A stretch of 57,105 bases of DNA, the filler included, from Porpidia crustulata (lineage: Eukaryota), in assembly GCA_964255105.1 (NCBI GenBank). It is 5 parts of 5 records of this genome, joined end to end, with 100 filler letters (N's around TTAATTAATTAA, not from the genome) between each part and the next. Parts side by side here need not be neighbours in the genome. Positions count along the whole stretch, not along the records: positions 22,936 to 34,262 come from CAXUWE010000667.1; positions 34,363 to 45,684 come from CAXUWE010000668.1; 3 more parts are not named here. One strand, 5' to 3'. Within the stretch, counting starts at the first letter, position 1, and each line of letters starts with the position of its first letter. The notes beneath the pieces were generated by a model, which was not told the origin of the DNA, did not search any database, and saw nothing but the letters and a program-made list of their open reading frames with translations. The position numbers and the translations under genes are program-made. Positions 23,665 to 38,500 of this stretch are shown in pieces.

Positions 23665-26600
23665 CTACCCCTTGGCATTATACTTATCATTAAACGCATT
23701 CACCGCCACCGCAATCTGCCGATACAGCCAATTCCGCGCGCTCTCCTCCTGCACCGGGATAAACGGCCCGTTCGTGCCCCCCTTGAGCGTCACGCCCATG
23801 CCCGTGCGCTCCTTGCTGATTGTCTGGATGTCGCTGAGCTTAATGTCCCACTCCGTCTTGAGCTTCTTGGTCCGTACCAGCATGATCCGGTTATACGTCA
23901 GCATGACCAACATGTCCTTGCCGGGTAGCTCGAGGTGCGCAATGTAGTCCTCGTTGAAGAATTTGCCGTCGTCCATGGTTTTGAGCCAAAACTGGCCGAG
24001 GGCTTCGCGTTGGGCGTATGGGCGGACGATGCCGTCGAGACCAATGAAGCGCGTGAGGCGGACACGGTCGAGGCCTTCGGCGTCGAAGACTGTGGTCGTG
24101 TTACGGACACCTTCGGCCATGTCTACAAGGTGTTAGCTTATATCATCCCGACTGAAGTGGTTACTACTTACTCGATGCAAGATCGAAAGCTCCAATCGCA
24201 GGCTTCGTTGCCAACCCAAGGAAGCCTTTCCCAACACCTTTCATAAAGCCAACAGCTCCCTCCTTCTCAGCACCTTCCATAGGATGCCTAGCTAGGCCAC
24301 CTATACCGCTAGCCATACTCGTCGCAAACGCATTACCACCGGCTGTGACACCATACAATGCATGCTTTGGCCTATTCCTCGACTTGGACATCCGGCGCTG
24401 ATCTTGGTATTCCTTGTCAAGCGTCGCAGCTGCTAGACCTTTTGACATACTGCCAGTAAACTTGGCCATGCTGTCCGAAAAGCCAAAGACGGATTTCTTG
24501 ACGAAGCTAGAGGCACCCTTTGCAATGCCTATACCAAGTTCTTGCGGCCTATCTGTCATGACAAGACCTTGATATGGCTCGTAGAAGATATCGGCAACCC
24601 CAGAACTGACGTTATTGAAAAGACCCACGGGGTTTCCGAGGAAATCAGCAGAGCCAAGTATGATATGTACTTGTCGGATACACTCCTGGGTGTAGTGATG
24701 TTGGATGTTTGCGATGAGTGCAGGGACTGACACTCGAGCGTTCTCTAACATCAAAGCGTTCAACTTCAGTGGTGCATCGTTAACGTTACCAATAGACATC
24801 GTCATAATGTTGACGAAGAACATTAGAGGGTTGGACGAGGTCATGGTGTCTTCTGCATTGATACGCTCCGTACGAACAAACGACAAGTCCAGTTGCATTG
24901 GTTGCAGATGCAATAGCTCGAAATAAACATCTTGCCCTTGTTGTTCTTTCTGCGGCTCAGGGATATCCAAGTCCTCATCGCATAGCTTTCCCTCATGCTC
25001 TTCAGACCACGACGCACCAGGCACTTTGGTAAAGTCAAGTAGTGCAAAGATAAAGTCCTCGTCAATCTCCAATGTCATTTGTTGAATCAAAAGCGTAGCG
25101 TATTTGATATACAAAACACCGTAAGAGTCGTCCTTGACACGTGTGACCATCGCATGGAAAATTGGGTGAGCTTCCATTTCCTTCCCTGTCTTTGGGACGA
25201 CGCTAGGGTAGAAGAGTATAGGGAAAATCCCACCATAGAGCTGGTTGTCGATCTGAATCCATTTGATAGTAGACTGGAGAGTCTGATATAATTTGGAGTC
25301 ACTGTACTTCAATTCGATCTCGCGGAATGTCAGATACAGAAGTTCCCTCAATTTCCTGTTCACCAGAGATATTCCAATACCAGCAAAGCGCACTTGGGCT
25401 TTGAATGTGACATCTGTTTCCATTTCTTTCACTTCAAATCCAGTAGCCACGCTGCCTTGCGATGCTTGGCCAGCCCTTTGTCTGTATAAAGACTTCGACG
25501 GTTTGTAAGGTGAGAGCACCATGGTTTGTGTAGGGCCATCGGCTGCAATATTGATGTCAATGATCTTTTGCTGCTTAGAACCTTGAGCTGCCGGTATCTT
25601 CATGGGGACGAGATTCCCGAGCTCTGCGAGCTTAATGTGCCTCTCTTTGCCGTTCGCAGTAATAACAAGTTCCTTATTCTTGGCGGCTGGATAATCCCAC
25701 GCGTATGGCATGATACTCCGGGGCGGTAAACGGTAGCGAATAGGTTTCCACCCAGAACTTCTGTCCTCTTCGCCCTCGGATATACTGGGATTCGTCTGGT
25801 AAAACATGAACTCCACATCGCTTTCATTCCGCATGGAAAATGGCCAGTGTTTGGTCTCGATACTTAGGTGTAGGAAGATTGTAGCATCTTCCATAATTAT
25901 CTCAACCCGTACAAGCTTCTGGCGTTGGTTCGCTTTTGCAAGCTTGACGTGGACTGTTCCAACATTACCTATATTGAAAGCCGATGACCACTGGTTATTG
26001 ACGCCGGGGAAACACAAGCATAGCTGCTTCTCCCGACTCTGCCTCGTGAAATGTAAAGGTAAGAGTTGGCCCTGTCCCAAGGAAACGACATTTGAAGACC
26101 CAGGTTCTCTTATATTGATCTCCTCATTGACCTTATTCTTAAGTACAAAACGAGGAGCTATTGTGACGACTTTAGTCAGCTTGTATTTACCTTCGCCTTC
26201 GGTGACAGAGACTCCAACATCGATCTCTGTTTTCTCCTTTTCTGAGGGTATAACAACATCAAAAGAACTGCCGATGGCGTCGAAACTCTGCGGCTTACTC
26301 CATGCTGAATCTCCTACTTTGATCATCGCGCGATTTTTCCGGTCGTCACTAGGGTATGAAAACATGTACGGCAGAGCCTTCTGGCTTCCATGATCGGTGT
26401 CCATGCGTCTGCCTTGGCCAGCCGCCGACTTTGCCGCTGAGAACATGGTCTTGCTTTGGATGTTGATATCCAGGCCAGTCTTGTTTAACACAAGATATGG
26501 ACTGTAAACTGCGACTTTGAAAGCTCCGCCACTATCCGGAATATTGCTACGTAGACGTTAGTAGTATTACCATGTCTGCCGGCTTACACTTACAAGTAGT

Positions 26601-29600
26601 GGAGCTTCAAGCTCAGGGCTGCGCCCTGCTTATCCTTGACCGATATTGTAGACTCGCGACGAAAATCCTCTCGAGTGTTAGTATTGATCACAGCAAACTC
26701 ACTCTGCTTGAAAACAGTATCTTGCATATCAATGCTCAATAGCAGCAGATGAGATAATTCTACAACATGTACAGGGCTAACTCCTCCCTTTCTCAGAAAA
26801 TTCGTCCAGTCTTTCTTCGTGTCTTTGTCGTATATACGATACTTGAAATCATAAGGCAATAAATTTTGCAACTCAATCGGCGCGGCGAGCCGTATTCGCA
26901 TGTAAGGGTATATGCTAGTCATTGGATCATTTTTGTCGTAAGAAGCATTCATCTGGAAATAGAATGGGGGAGATTGTTCGTTGCTCTCGCCCTTGCAAGT
27001 AATGGTGCGCGTCGATCGCTTGAGAAGATCTTTCCAGAAAAGCCTTTCGTTAGACCATGAGTATCCGAACCCTTGATCGGGTCGAATGACCAGGGAATGC
27101 ATGAATGCAGCACCGACTGGAGCTGGTCTGGCCTCACCAGGAGGAATTTTCTCTATCTTGAGCAGGTGACCTTCTTCTGGGCTGTATACACCAAGCTCTA
27201 CGGGTATCTGAGTGTTGTTCTCAATCACAAGAGGAGATCGGAAAGTGATGTACTTGACGTTGTCAGTACCGAGCTTTACCTCGGCCAGCAGCCGATGCAG
27301 GACCTTGTCCTGCCTTGGCTTGAGGTTGTACAGCGTTTCTCCCTCACGGTTTACCGGAATTTTGTCAATGGAATCGAAGCCGCTACCTTCAAGTTTGATA
27401 CCTACAACGCCTGTACTACCCTCTGGAGAGAGATTCTCACGCATTGTCGTTGGATCCTCGAAGCGCCAAGGATACTCTTCCCCATCAGTAAGCTTTGCAG
27501 CCGACCCTTGGTCTTCTTCTCTATTGGCAGCCCAAACATTCAGGTCAAATCCTGTGTAGTTTCGTATCCTATATGGCGCGTCTGCCGTTCTTGGCTTGGA
27601 TAGAACATCTTCATCGGTGGATAGGAAGTCCGCGGATTTGGATGCCAATGCTATGGTGGCTGACGTGACGGTTAACTCCATCACCTTGTGGGAATAGAGC
27701 TCAACAGATAGCATATCCGGATTCTGATTCTTCGCCACATGGAAGCCCATTTGCCACGGCTCTATCAAAGGCTCCCAAGCGGATTTCGAGAAATTGTAGA
27801 CATTAATGTACGTATCAAAGCTTGTGTCGCCTGTCATGGCGCTTGACCAATCGCGAACGTCTACGTTGAACTTCTTTACACTCCAATCGAGTAAAGGCAA
27901 TTCATGGAGATCTCCAATTAGAATCACTCTGATACCATCAATAGTAGCGGTCATCTCCTCCCTCTTCATGATAATGGAGCTTTGCGTCGCCACTTTCCCA
28001 CCATCATCAGGCTTCCTCCTGCCCGTAGTTCTGCCTGATTTTTTTGCAATGGTAGTGACAGGCCTTCCAGCGATGGATTTACGCTTGGTAGAGGCTGCGG
28101 CAGTGCCTCGGATCTCTTTGATCTTCTGTGGCTCAGTGTCTTCGACCTTTTCGCTGCTTTCACTATTCATCACGGACGCTTTATTGATGATCTGCAATGC
28201 TAAAAGAATATCTCGCAGTGAGAGTCGAAGGACAAGGGGCTCGATCTCTACCGATATACTTGTCAAGGATGACTTTTTACCCTGTGAGCGACTATCCATA
28301 GACATTTGGATTGTAAAATCGTCAAGGATTCTGAGACGGCTGGTGTCGAATTTATCCATACGACACAGGAACATGCCGATCTTCGTGACTTGTAGGGTTG
28401 AGGCGTTCTGTTGAGATAGCAGAACCTGCTTGGTGCCAAGGACTATAGCCTCAGAATTCGAAATTGCGGGATTGGCGATAAGGATAATCTGTGGATCGAC
28501 GATATTGATGCGGAAAGACATGCTCATTGAGGTTTCATTGGCCTCTTTAACGTCCACCTTGCCACGCGACCTTTCTTCTTGACTCTCGACAGGCGTGCTA
28601 ACGCCGCTGTCGGACTCTTCAGCCGGAAGTATGCCCTCCTGCACGCTATCCTCCACCTGGATTGGCTCTTCGGTCGAAAGCGCTGTGTTCGCAAACGTTT
28701 GCAAGGCAAATAGGTAATCAAAGGCAAGGATGATCCGAGGGCTGTCGATTGTAAGCATAGCTATAAGATGTCGCTCTTCACCACCAGATATTGATACGCT
28801 CGCCATGAATTGCTGTTTGACGTCGTCGTTGATCAAAGACATGACCTTTCGGAATTTGTTTGTTTCCTTCGTCCGACTATCTTTGATGGTGAAAGAGTTT
28901 ATAAGGAGCTCCGATTCGAGTGAGCTGTCGCTCTTCAAGCGAAGCTTGACCTTGGTATCATTAAAAGCAAAGGTGGACAGGCTAGCCGCCTCCATATCCC
29001 CAACAGGCTCATCTTCTTTGGCCAAGGTTAGTTCCAATCCAATCTTTCCTGCATTAAACACAAAATCAAGCGTTGCCCAACTATCAGGATTGGATGCTAA
29101 TTCAGGTCCTTGATGTGTAGGAGACTCAGAGGCCTTCACTTCTCCAGTAGCTTTCTCGCTGACCTTCTTTGCTGGTTCGGCAGTAGATTTAGGGAGTTCC
29201 TCCAAGATATCCTCTTCATCTTCTTCGGGTCCAGCAGCAAATGCATTTGGTACCGTTTTGGACAGTTCCAGGAGGAACCTTAACTGAGTTTGACTTATAC
29301 GCAGATTGACTGGTGACATGTTGCCTTCAATTTCCATGTCGGGCCGCATAGAGTTCTTCTGATGTTCCGCCTGGGTCACCTTGAAGTCAAGATCAACCTG
29401 GTCAATCATCTCTAGTTCTTCAGATCTGTCTTCATCATAGTGAAAGTCAGAAGTCAGGCGTACGTGTCGGATTCCAGCAGATAGCTTGTTCGCAGTGATC
29501 TTGCCCGCGGGCCCGTCGATTGGCACAAAGCTATTACTCGCGTAGATTTCGCCCAGATAAGCAGTCAGTAAGTCTCGAGACTTTCCTGCTTCCATCACAC

Positions 29601-32600
29601 GAGGGAACACTACGATGGGAGTCTGAATAAGAACGTCAAACTGCATATTACCGGCAGTTTCTTGCATTTGGCTGGCCTGGTTTGCTGCCGCCTGCCTCGC
29701 AGCATTGAAAATGGCCTGCATCTTACCAAATTTGACAGCAAACTGGATGATCTTCCGGAAAGGCTCTTCCAGGAAAGTGACTTTAATGGACCCGGACCTG
29801 AGAAATACCTTCGACGCGTAACCCGGATAGGAATCGGCCTTGGGATCGTAGGTTTGATAGCGGAAATCAGCAAGCTCATCGCCTTGAATTGCAATGAGCT
29901 GTCGAAGAGGTGACTCTGCTGAAGCCCCTTGATTGATGTCGTCCAGCAAAGATAAGCTGCCGAGTCGAGCTGTTATACGCATAGATGCTCCACTCAAGAA
30001 GATGCCAACGTCCGCTGTGTTCAAGCTTAAGGTCGCTAGCCGTATGCCATCGTTATTGAGAATCAATGCAATCTTCTGAAGGTCGACCTTGATTCTGATT
30101 TGGTCTGCGACATCAGACTGATCTGACTCGGTGTCTATCTTTTGAATTGCATCGTCTCCAGTCTTGGCGATCTGTTGGGTCTCCTTGTCGCCATCGGGAC
30201 TGGCGAAGGTGATCAAGACAAAATCAAGAAGCGTCAATAATGTCTTTCGGGTTACAACCAAATTTAAAGTTGAAATTGAGACATCGAGATTTGTGGTAAT
30301 GCTCTCATAGGTGGACACAAGTTCTGGCGAGTCTTTGTTAACCTTGACAAATTTGACATTGAAGAGGTCTTTTCCATCTTTTGTACCATACTCTTGACTC
30401 GATACGATTTGCTTGAATTCTGGGCTTGGATCTTCATCAATGTAATCCTCAACATATAAAGACTTCAGAAGAACCTCTGCGACCATATCATACGGACGAA
30501 GATAGAAATCCAGATGGAAATGCTCGGCTACGAGCTCCACCAGTAGCTGATCTGACTTGCCATCTTCAGGGTCTGATCGGTATAACGAGCCTTGCAACTT
30601 GTTCACTGTGAATTTGAATTCGAATTCCCTCTGATGCAGGTTCACACCTTCATCTTCTGCACGTTTTGTGTGAGTCTGGTTTCTATGCACTTCCTCGTCA
30701 CTCTCATCATCCATTACAAGGTCATGTTGGGCCTGAACCGATAAAGACTTAGATCTGGGTCTCCCCAGAGCTTCGTCCGCTCTGGACTTTGGAGCAACAC
30801 TACTCTTTCTTTGCTTCACAGGTGCTTTGGTCTTGCCATCTAATGGCTCATCACTGTCAAATTTGGGTATGGCTATATCGATCAGCCTCATCAGATTCTT
30901 ATACTTTTTGTCAGATATGGAAGCATGCAAGACTGGTAAGTGGCCAGAAATGCGAGTCTTGGTAAGATCCGTGGTCTTGGGAATAATCGAGGTTTCCAGG
31001 ACAAAATCCATGTTGATCCGATCGATAATGTGAAGGTTCATGGAATCGTCCTTCGCCTGTAGTTGATCCTTGGTAGCTTGAATGCCAGGGCCTATAAGGA
31101 CCTGCGTGGAGTCCAGCTTCAACAAAAACTTATCGTACATTAGACCCTCAAGTTGCTTGAAGTCCTCCTGGCTGTATTGCCTTTTCTGCTTTGATTGAAT
31201 GTCTCGCATGGTCTCTTTGTCAACAAGTTCACTGTTCAGGCTTACATGTCCAGCATCAAGTATCAAGCAGAGCGTACTCTTCTTTATTATACTTTCAGGG
31301 ATGATTATTAATGGGGCTTGTATATCGAGATGGGCGTTTACGGTCTTGTGCTCTTCAAGAGCGAACTCAAGACCGGCTCGCGTCTGCTGCCTGATACCCT
31401 CTACCGTTGCGCCTGCAGTCTCAAGTAATGCGCCGATTGACTCCATGTGTCTTTCCGGAGGCTTGAAGAACTTGGCCACTTCTACAACGAATTGTGGGTT
31501 GTAGATAACCTCGATACTCTTCAGCTTCATTGTGACAGCAGAGTCTGCACTTCCGTCGAGGGGGTTCTGTTCGAACACCAGATGGAAGAGAGAGTCCTCA
31601 GCTACTTTTCGTTGAACCTCCTCACTATCTTCGCCACTCTTGAGACTTTCCATAGACTTCGTGTCGGACATTGAAGACCTGTCTTTGACGTTCACAATTT
31701 GAGGAAATAGACTACCTTCAGTCGTACCGTCATAGACGCGCATTCCACCTAGACTCAGATCGGCCAAGAAGGAGTCAGGTCTCTGCAGTCCCTTCGCCTT
31801 GAAGTTGTCGAACATCAAGCTCAAAATTTCTGAGCCTTTGCCATGCGGATCACGCTTGAGAGTAAAGCTACCAGTACGAAGAGATGACTCAACATGGAGC
31901 TTCACGCTATCGCGAGGCAGGTCAACGCTTTCCGTGATTGCCTTTTTCTCGTCCCAATCGATTGCATCATAAAGCTCTTTCCTCTGTTCCTCGGTCATCT
32001 CCGTAGTCTCCTCGCCTACATTTGGTTCTTCCGCCTTCTTACCGGTGCCCCATGCCCACTGAACCCAACCTTGTTTCTGAGGTTGCTTTTTGACCCCGAC
32101 GTTTTCTTTGCGGAGCTGATTGTGCGCAAGGGACCGCCAGAAGCGGAGGTCTTCGTAACTGAGTTTCTTCTCGAGCTTGGTGATCTCGTCCATCTCAGCA
32201 GGCGTCAGCTTCTCTTCCTTCTTTTTCTTCTTGAATAAATAAATATATCGTAATCGATCGGCTCGCCTTTCTTTGATGTAATCCCAAGTCCAACGTCGAT
32301 TACGTTCTTGAATCTTTACGTGGACTGCCCGGAAAGCAAAACCAAGCCACGCTTTAGGATCTTCCTTTGGGGTCACAGTAGGCTGAAGCTTTTTGTACTC
32401 TTGATGCCGAATGAAGTAGTGAAAGAGGTCTACCATCATCAAAGCATCCCGATATTGCTCGTCGTCAAGTACAAAGCCAAGTTCGTTGAAGATTAATCGT
32501 GCCTTAATCTTCGGCTTTTCAACCTTGCCAGACTTGTCCAATTCCACGGCAGCGCGACCACTGACCGGTTTCAACATATATTGCTGCTTCTCGTTAGTAT

Positions 32601-33354
32601 CCAGAGCTTGGCGAAATTTCGAAATCATGTCGCCATGGTCTGTGCCTTGTGCTTCTGCACCAACCTGGGCGCCTCTACCTGTTCCGAAAAGCTCTGTGTC
32701 TGTATTCCAGTAAAAAGCCAATTCATTAAGAACGGTCAATTTATTCGTGGTCCCTTGGGAAGATTGGATAAAGCTTGGTCTCCAGTCAGAGTCAGTGCTC
32801 ACTGCACTGAACTCCTTCAAAGTCAAACCAAGAGCAAAAGGGTGTCCAGGGGCTGAGATGGAGTCCTCGTAGCGAATGTGAATGCCTTTGATGCTAACTT
32901 GGAGGTTGTCGATAATGGCGTTGGTCATACTCTCCGTGAAACTTTGGCTTTTCTGCTGTTCTTCGCTGCTCTGACCATTGACGTTCCTTTGCTTGAGCAA
33001 TTCAGCATTTTCCAGCTTCTCCATCTTAACCGCGTGCTCTCTCTGGACCTCTTCCTCTTCATTATAGTCTGAATCTTCTTTCGGAGCTGCAAGGAGAAAA
33101 ATATCTTCAATTGTGATCCTGACTGGCTTCCCGCGCAGATTCGTCCACGGTATTGACATTGTAAGCTGCCCGAGGTGGCCTTCAACAACATTGACAGGTA
33201 AATGAAGTTGGTCGAGAGCTTCTCTCCGAAGCTCGAGGTTGCGTAGCTTGACATCGCCATTCCATATACCCACGTTCAACTGATTGGCATCGAAGTTTTT
33301 CACGTACATGCCCAAGAACCTGTTGAGCAGGCCCGCGACTAGACCTTCGAGCAT
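23665..33354 (-). CDS. VPS13: Vacuolar protein sorting 13 bridge-like lipid transfer protein (~3197 aa)
   Basis: Exons 33354-26594, 26546-24172 and 24122-23665. Chorein_N start MLEGLVAGLLNRFLGMYV, WEPLIEPW, VAB repeats, IQIDNQL, LGSADFLGNPVGLF (ATG_C) and a C-terminal PH-like domain. Confidence 0.97.
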
Positions 33355-34262
33355 GGCAGCTGGCGAGTGCCGTGACCCGGGCAGGGGTTGCGAGCGCGAA
33401 CGAGTATTCGGTGTAGTAGGACGATAGATTCCCAAAATCTACCGTGTTTTCTCCAGGATCATAGTGACTGCGGTGAGGCAGGTGATGCTGGTAGTATACA
33501 ATGCTCTTGCCAGTTTTAACCTTGGGCGCACAGTCTAGGTAGGATTTGATGGGCGCGACCGGGCAGCTAGCTATTATTGAGTGCTTTGTAGGGTCAAAAC
33601 GGCGAGCCCAGTTTCCACATGAGTTTGGGAGAATTTTATTTCAGTGGAAGGATCATCAAAACCTGAGATTGTGGCAATATCGTAGGTGGGGCAGCCAGCA
33701 TTACACGTAGGGTCTGTACTAGAGAAATCTCTATTGATAGTGGTTGTAGATTGTATACAGGCGACTTAGCTGTCTAAAACGCGTAGTTTCTTCGTACAGT
33801 CGCAGATATCATAATACTCATGAGGTTGCTGGATATATTCTGACGTGACAGGCAGTAACTTGGAATCAGCCACAGTTTGTGGCTTGCTAGGTAGGTAGTC
33901 ACCAATGACGTCCGAGGGCAGCTTACGTAATGCGCCCTGTCCCGCTCGTGAGCTTTCAAGGTTATAATGTAATTAGGCCCGATTTTCAATGGCGCTGGTA
34001 CAATGGTGTAGTGGTTATTCTTTTCTCCGCCGTAAAAGTGAGCACGAATCTTTCACAGCCTATCAAACACCCTCTCAGGATTGTCCGGGATTTCCGAGCT
34101 GTCCACTACGGATTAGACCATCACGCGGGTGACAAAAAAAACTGATAGTTCGGAGGATTCTATCCGCCCCCGAGATCCTCATCAAATTTGTTAGCAAATC
34201 TTAAATAAGGGAAAGTATAACGGTACACCCCCTTTGTTTACACGTACACCCCCCTCCCACTA

Positions 34263-34362
34263 NNNNNNNNNNNNNNNNNNNNNNNNNNNNNNNNNNNNNN
34301 NNNNNNTTAATTAATTAANNNNNNNNNNNNNNNNNNNNNNNNNNNNNNNNNNNNNNNNNNNN
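34263..34362. other. Artificial contig spacer
   Basis: N44-TTAATTAATTAA-N44. Confidence 0.98.
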
Positions 34363-35598
34363 GGGTTGGGGTGAGGATGGTGAGGTGGGGTTTTTGTATT
34401 GGAATAGGGTGGGGTTTGTGTTGTGTTTAAGGGATATGGGGGAATAGGTGGATAGCAAGTACAATTGTTGGATTTGGGTTTTTGTTTGGGATGGTGGTTA
34501 GTATGGTGGAGTGGGTTTGATATACTTTATTCATAAGACGGGAGATCGTTAGGAATTTGGATAAAGAGCGAGCGGTAGTGGATTATTACTGAGAGGTTGC
34601 AAATACTATAGCATTTGAATCGAAGATCTTCATTTTGCTTAATGAATTCTGTCATTGCCTTATCAGAAACCCGTGCCTACTTACGGCTATCTCTTAGACA
34701 TATCGGTGACGACTTTCTGTGGAAACGCTCGAAGAAAAACTTCTGCGATGTCTACATACCTGGGTCAGGTACTGAGACTAAGCAAATTAGACCAAGTGTG
34801 TAAATGAATATATCTCGCGCGGAGAAACCTTATCTGCATCGCCGTTTCCGATGCCTTGCCATCAGATCACAGCTTTTGATTATGGTGCGGGGTTTGGTAG
34901 TGACTTTCTTGTATACTGATCCTTCTAGAAATTGACCTTGCAACATTAGGTGTAATGTTGGTGCTGGAATAGTCTTTCATCATGCCCTGCCAACCAAACC
35001 CCGGGTCCTTCGCAAACATGTTTCATCCTTGAGAGCTCATGCAAGTCAGCCCACGTCGACATGGACATTTATATCGGGAACAGCTCGGAGTCAATTGCAC
35101 GATGAAGCACTGACCACCGGAATCTCCTGAGCGCGATAGAGTTTCCCTCTGCGATACTTGCCAGTCGGAGGTACGAGATGGAGATTTTCGTCTGGGCTAC
35201 TGATGATGCCAATGCTCTCCGTCTGGTCGAGGCAAAGGATAAAGGGCTGAAGTCGGCTACAACCGTCAGTGCTGAAGCTCTGGTAGCATGTTCGCCGGGT
35301 GGTGGGCCGTTCTAGGGGGTTCAAGCTCTTGAAACAAATCTGCTTGGCCTTTTTGAGAGCTAAAATGCGGCTCGTAGGTATGGAGATTCGGTAAACTGTC
35401 TTGCCAGGGTGGTTGAAGATGAAGCTGTGGCTCTGTCTAGCGATAGAGTGAGCGAATATGGATGTAAGAAATCGTGATTTATGACTCAGTGCTCAGGAAT
35501 CTCACGACCTCAAGTGGCGATTCTTTGCGGCTGACGGATGAGATAATGTAAGTGACCATCTAACGGACTTGTTCCTTCGAATGCGTGGAGACTTAGTC

Positions 35599-38500
35599 TC
35601 AGGTAAGTTCCATGATGCGATCTTGCGGTGGCTGCGAGTAGAGCTCGGATCTGAGGGATGTAAATGGTAAATCGGGTCTTGCGGGAGCCAATGCGGTGGG
35701 TTGGGTCAGAATCGGCACAACTTCCGCCTTGGTTTTCTTCTCTTCCGTTGCAGCGGCGGGCATATTGGTTGGTGGGGACTTTAGCCGGACAAGACGTAGC
35801 ATATTGAGCGCATTTCGCAACGCAGAAGGTCGCTGGCCCTCTGAAACAATGCTGGCTTTCTTGAACAGAGTCTTCCGCTGTCCTAGATTCTCCGCTTGTT
35901 GCTTCTCTGGATCTTGCATACGACCACCGCCTTGCGGGAGCTCTAGTTTGGGTTCGTTGAAGTTATTTGAGGCTATCTGTATGTCTTCGGTCAAGGGTTT
36001 CGTTTTCGCGCCCTTCTTGGCGCTGTTCTGGCTCGAGTCTTTCTTAATTACGACAGGGTCAGCAACGTCTGCGACCTGGTCTCCCAAACTCTTCCTGGCC
36101 TTTGATGTTCGATCAAGTATGGACTCTCCTTGCCTTTGGTCAACAGCTAGAGCCAATTCAATCGCTTGAAATTTGTCAGTCAAGTAGGAATCTGAGCCTT
36201 CGAAAAGGTCCTTGAGAACTGGAATACTGTTGAGACGCATCTGTATTATGATTTGCCGGGCTGGTATGTATTGTTCAACGCTGATCAGTCTGTTGACACA
36301 GACGAATAGCTCCTGAACGGTCCACTCAATAATGTCTGGATCCAGTGCAAAGGTGCCAGGATCGCTGATTTCCCGCGAAAGTAAAAGAGCTGTGTGTAGA
36401 ATGTCTCCTGGGAGAGGAAGTTGTAGCTGTATATTGAGTAAACGTGATTCGATTGTTAGACGCGTTGTTCGGATATAATCATCACGCATACCTATGATGC
36501 TATAGAGGTGCCCGCGCAAGAGAAGCTCTGCTTCATTGAAGGATCCTTTCGCTACATAACAGTCCGCCAATAGGCAGGCAGTAGTCAGCGCATACTCGCC
36601 ATAGTCACCCATCACTATTGGCGGATCTAAAGCATTCACGGGCCGGCAATCTTGCCGAAACATCGCGATCAAATGACCTTGCGCTTCCGACCATCGCCCG
36701 GATCTCATGATTACGGTCAGTAATTCATGGTTATACCTCCAATAGGCACGCCGAAGCTTCGACCTGTTGGGTATGGTTTGGGTCCTGGAATGTCCAAGCC
36801 CCGATCGGAGGAATTGCTCGGCCTGATCTAGGACACCGGCACGCGAAAGGTAATATCCGCACGAGAGATGACCTTCTTCTGGTATCAGCTTCAGCTGATT
36901 CCAGCACTTGAGTTTTACCAGAACGCAGCTGAGCGCTGAATGCTCAGGCAAGACCGCCCACTCCAAGGCCTGTTGACACCATGCCTCAGAAGTTTCAACG
37001 CTGGCACGGAGTAACTCTGAGCTCTGCGAGATTTCCGCTATATCTATCAGCTCGACCAAGACATAGCCGGCGGCGTCCCTAGCATCCGCCGTTGTCGAGC
37101 GATTTTTCAACAGATTCTGCATGTCTGCCAGAATAACACTTGACATCGATTTTTCCGTGCTCCTTAAACATCTGTATTTTTGTGAATGAGCGAAGCCTTT
37201 CAACTTGGCGAGTCGAAGAAGAACCCATTCGTAGGAGTAGACCGCAGACTCTGACGAAAGATCAAAAGCCGTATAGAGCAAAGCCATGTCATTATCCTGA
37301 TGTCGATGTGTCAAGGTTTTTAATAGAAGGCTGAGATGCAGTTGCTCAAATAAATTCCAGTCAGGCGTCCTTACGCGGTCTAATGATCCTATACGCGTCA
37401 AGAACACATGCCCATGATTGTAGTACACTTCTCGGTAGCGCTCGGCTAAGGGGTGGGAGGTCTTATCAGGCATGCCGTCAAACACGTCAAATAAGCTTTG
37501 AAGCGTAGAGTATCTGCGGTCATCATCAATGTCCTCAGCCACATCTTGAGATTTCCATATCCGGCAGTCGACCGTCCACGAGCCCTGCTTCTGACCTTGG
37601 TCTTTCACATTCCTATCAGGAACAATTCGAATTATACCAGACGCCATAAGATCCTGCTCCAACCTATGTAAGTTCTCCGGCTCTGCTACTGCTTGCAGAA
37701 ATGCAGAGATTGAGGACGGTGTGACATCGTCACGAAACGGGGACTCCGTGATTCGAGAACAGGGTGGATAACCGAAGCAAGGCTCTTTGGCTCGAGACAA
37801 AGCGTAGCGCGCGTGGATGAGCTCCACCAACTCGCGCAGGGGCACACCTTTGGCGCCAAAGAGACACAGGAGGCAGAAAATAATGCTGTTCTTGAAGTCC
37901 CTAATGAAGCCAACAGTGCCCGGCTGTTCTACTGTAAGTCCACCTGAAGTGGTTGTTCCCTCGAAGTCAGTTTCAGCCTTAGTGTGTGGCTCCGTCGGAG
38001 TGATTTCACCTGGTGTCGATGGGCTGATTTGACCCGGATGGGGCCAGGAACAATGCCTACGTATACAAAGGAAACTCAACAAGCCGGCCAAAAGAGAGAC
38101 TGATAAAACGCTACCAACCGCAATGCCGGCTATTTGACCGGTGTTGAGACGATGAGATGGATTACTACTGAGTGTAGGGGTTGCCAAAGTTGTAGGGGCA
38201 GAAGTACTAATCTGGCTACTAGACGGGAAAGATGAATATAAACTAATCAGAGGTGTCCGCTCAAGGTGCTCGGTAAGGGGTACATTTCCGCATACGTAAT
38301 CGGTGTACACCTGGATAGCTCCCAGGTACTCCAATACTCGACAACTCGGGAAAGCTTCTGGGCTTCAAAATAGTCAGCAATAGAAGATGTATAGCAGGAG
38401 CACAGATTACCAAGATCTTATCAGACCGTTTGAAGGTCCAACAGACGTCGATTGATAGTTACTACAGGCGGTGTGGAAAACACACTGGACATAAGTAAAG

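Noticed and set aside
33997..34020. tRNA-like 5' segment GGTACAATGGTGTAGTGGTTAT (A-box-like)
   Set aside because: No matching T-arm (GTTCRA) or complementary acceptor 3' strand downstream; no cloverleaf can be built.
34860..34985. Possible second C/D snoRNA on the minus strand (ATGATGA...CTGA, internal hairpin CAACATTA-CACC-TAATGTTG)
   Set aside because: No terminal stem, no clear C'/D' pair and no rRNA-antisense guide of 9 nt or more that I can recognise. An Rfam scan would settle it.
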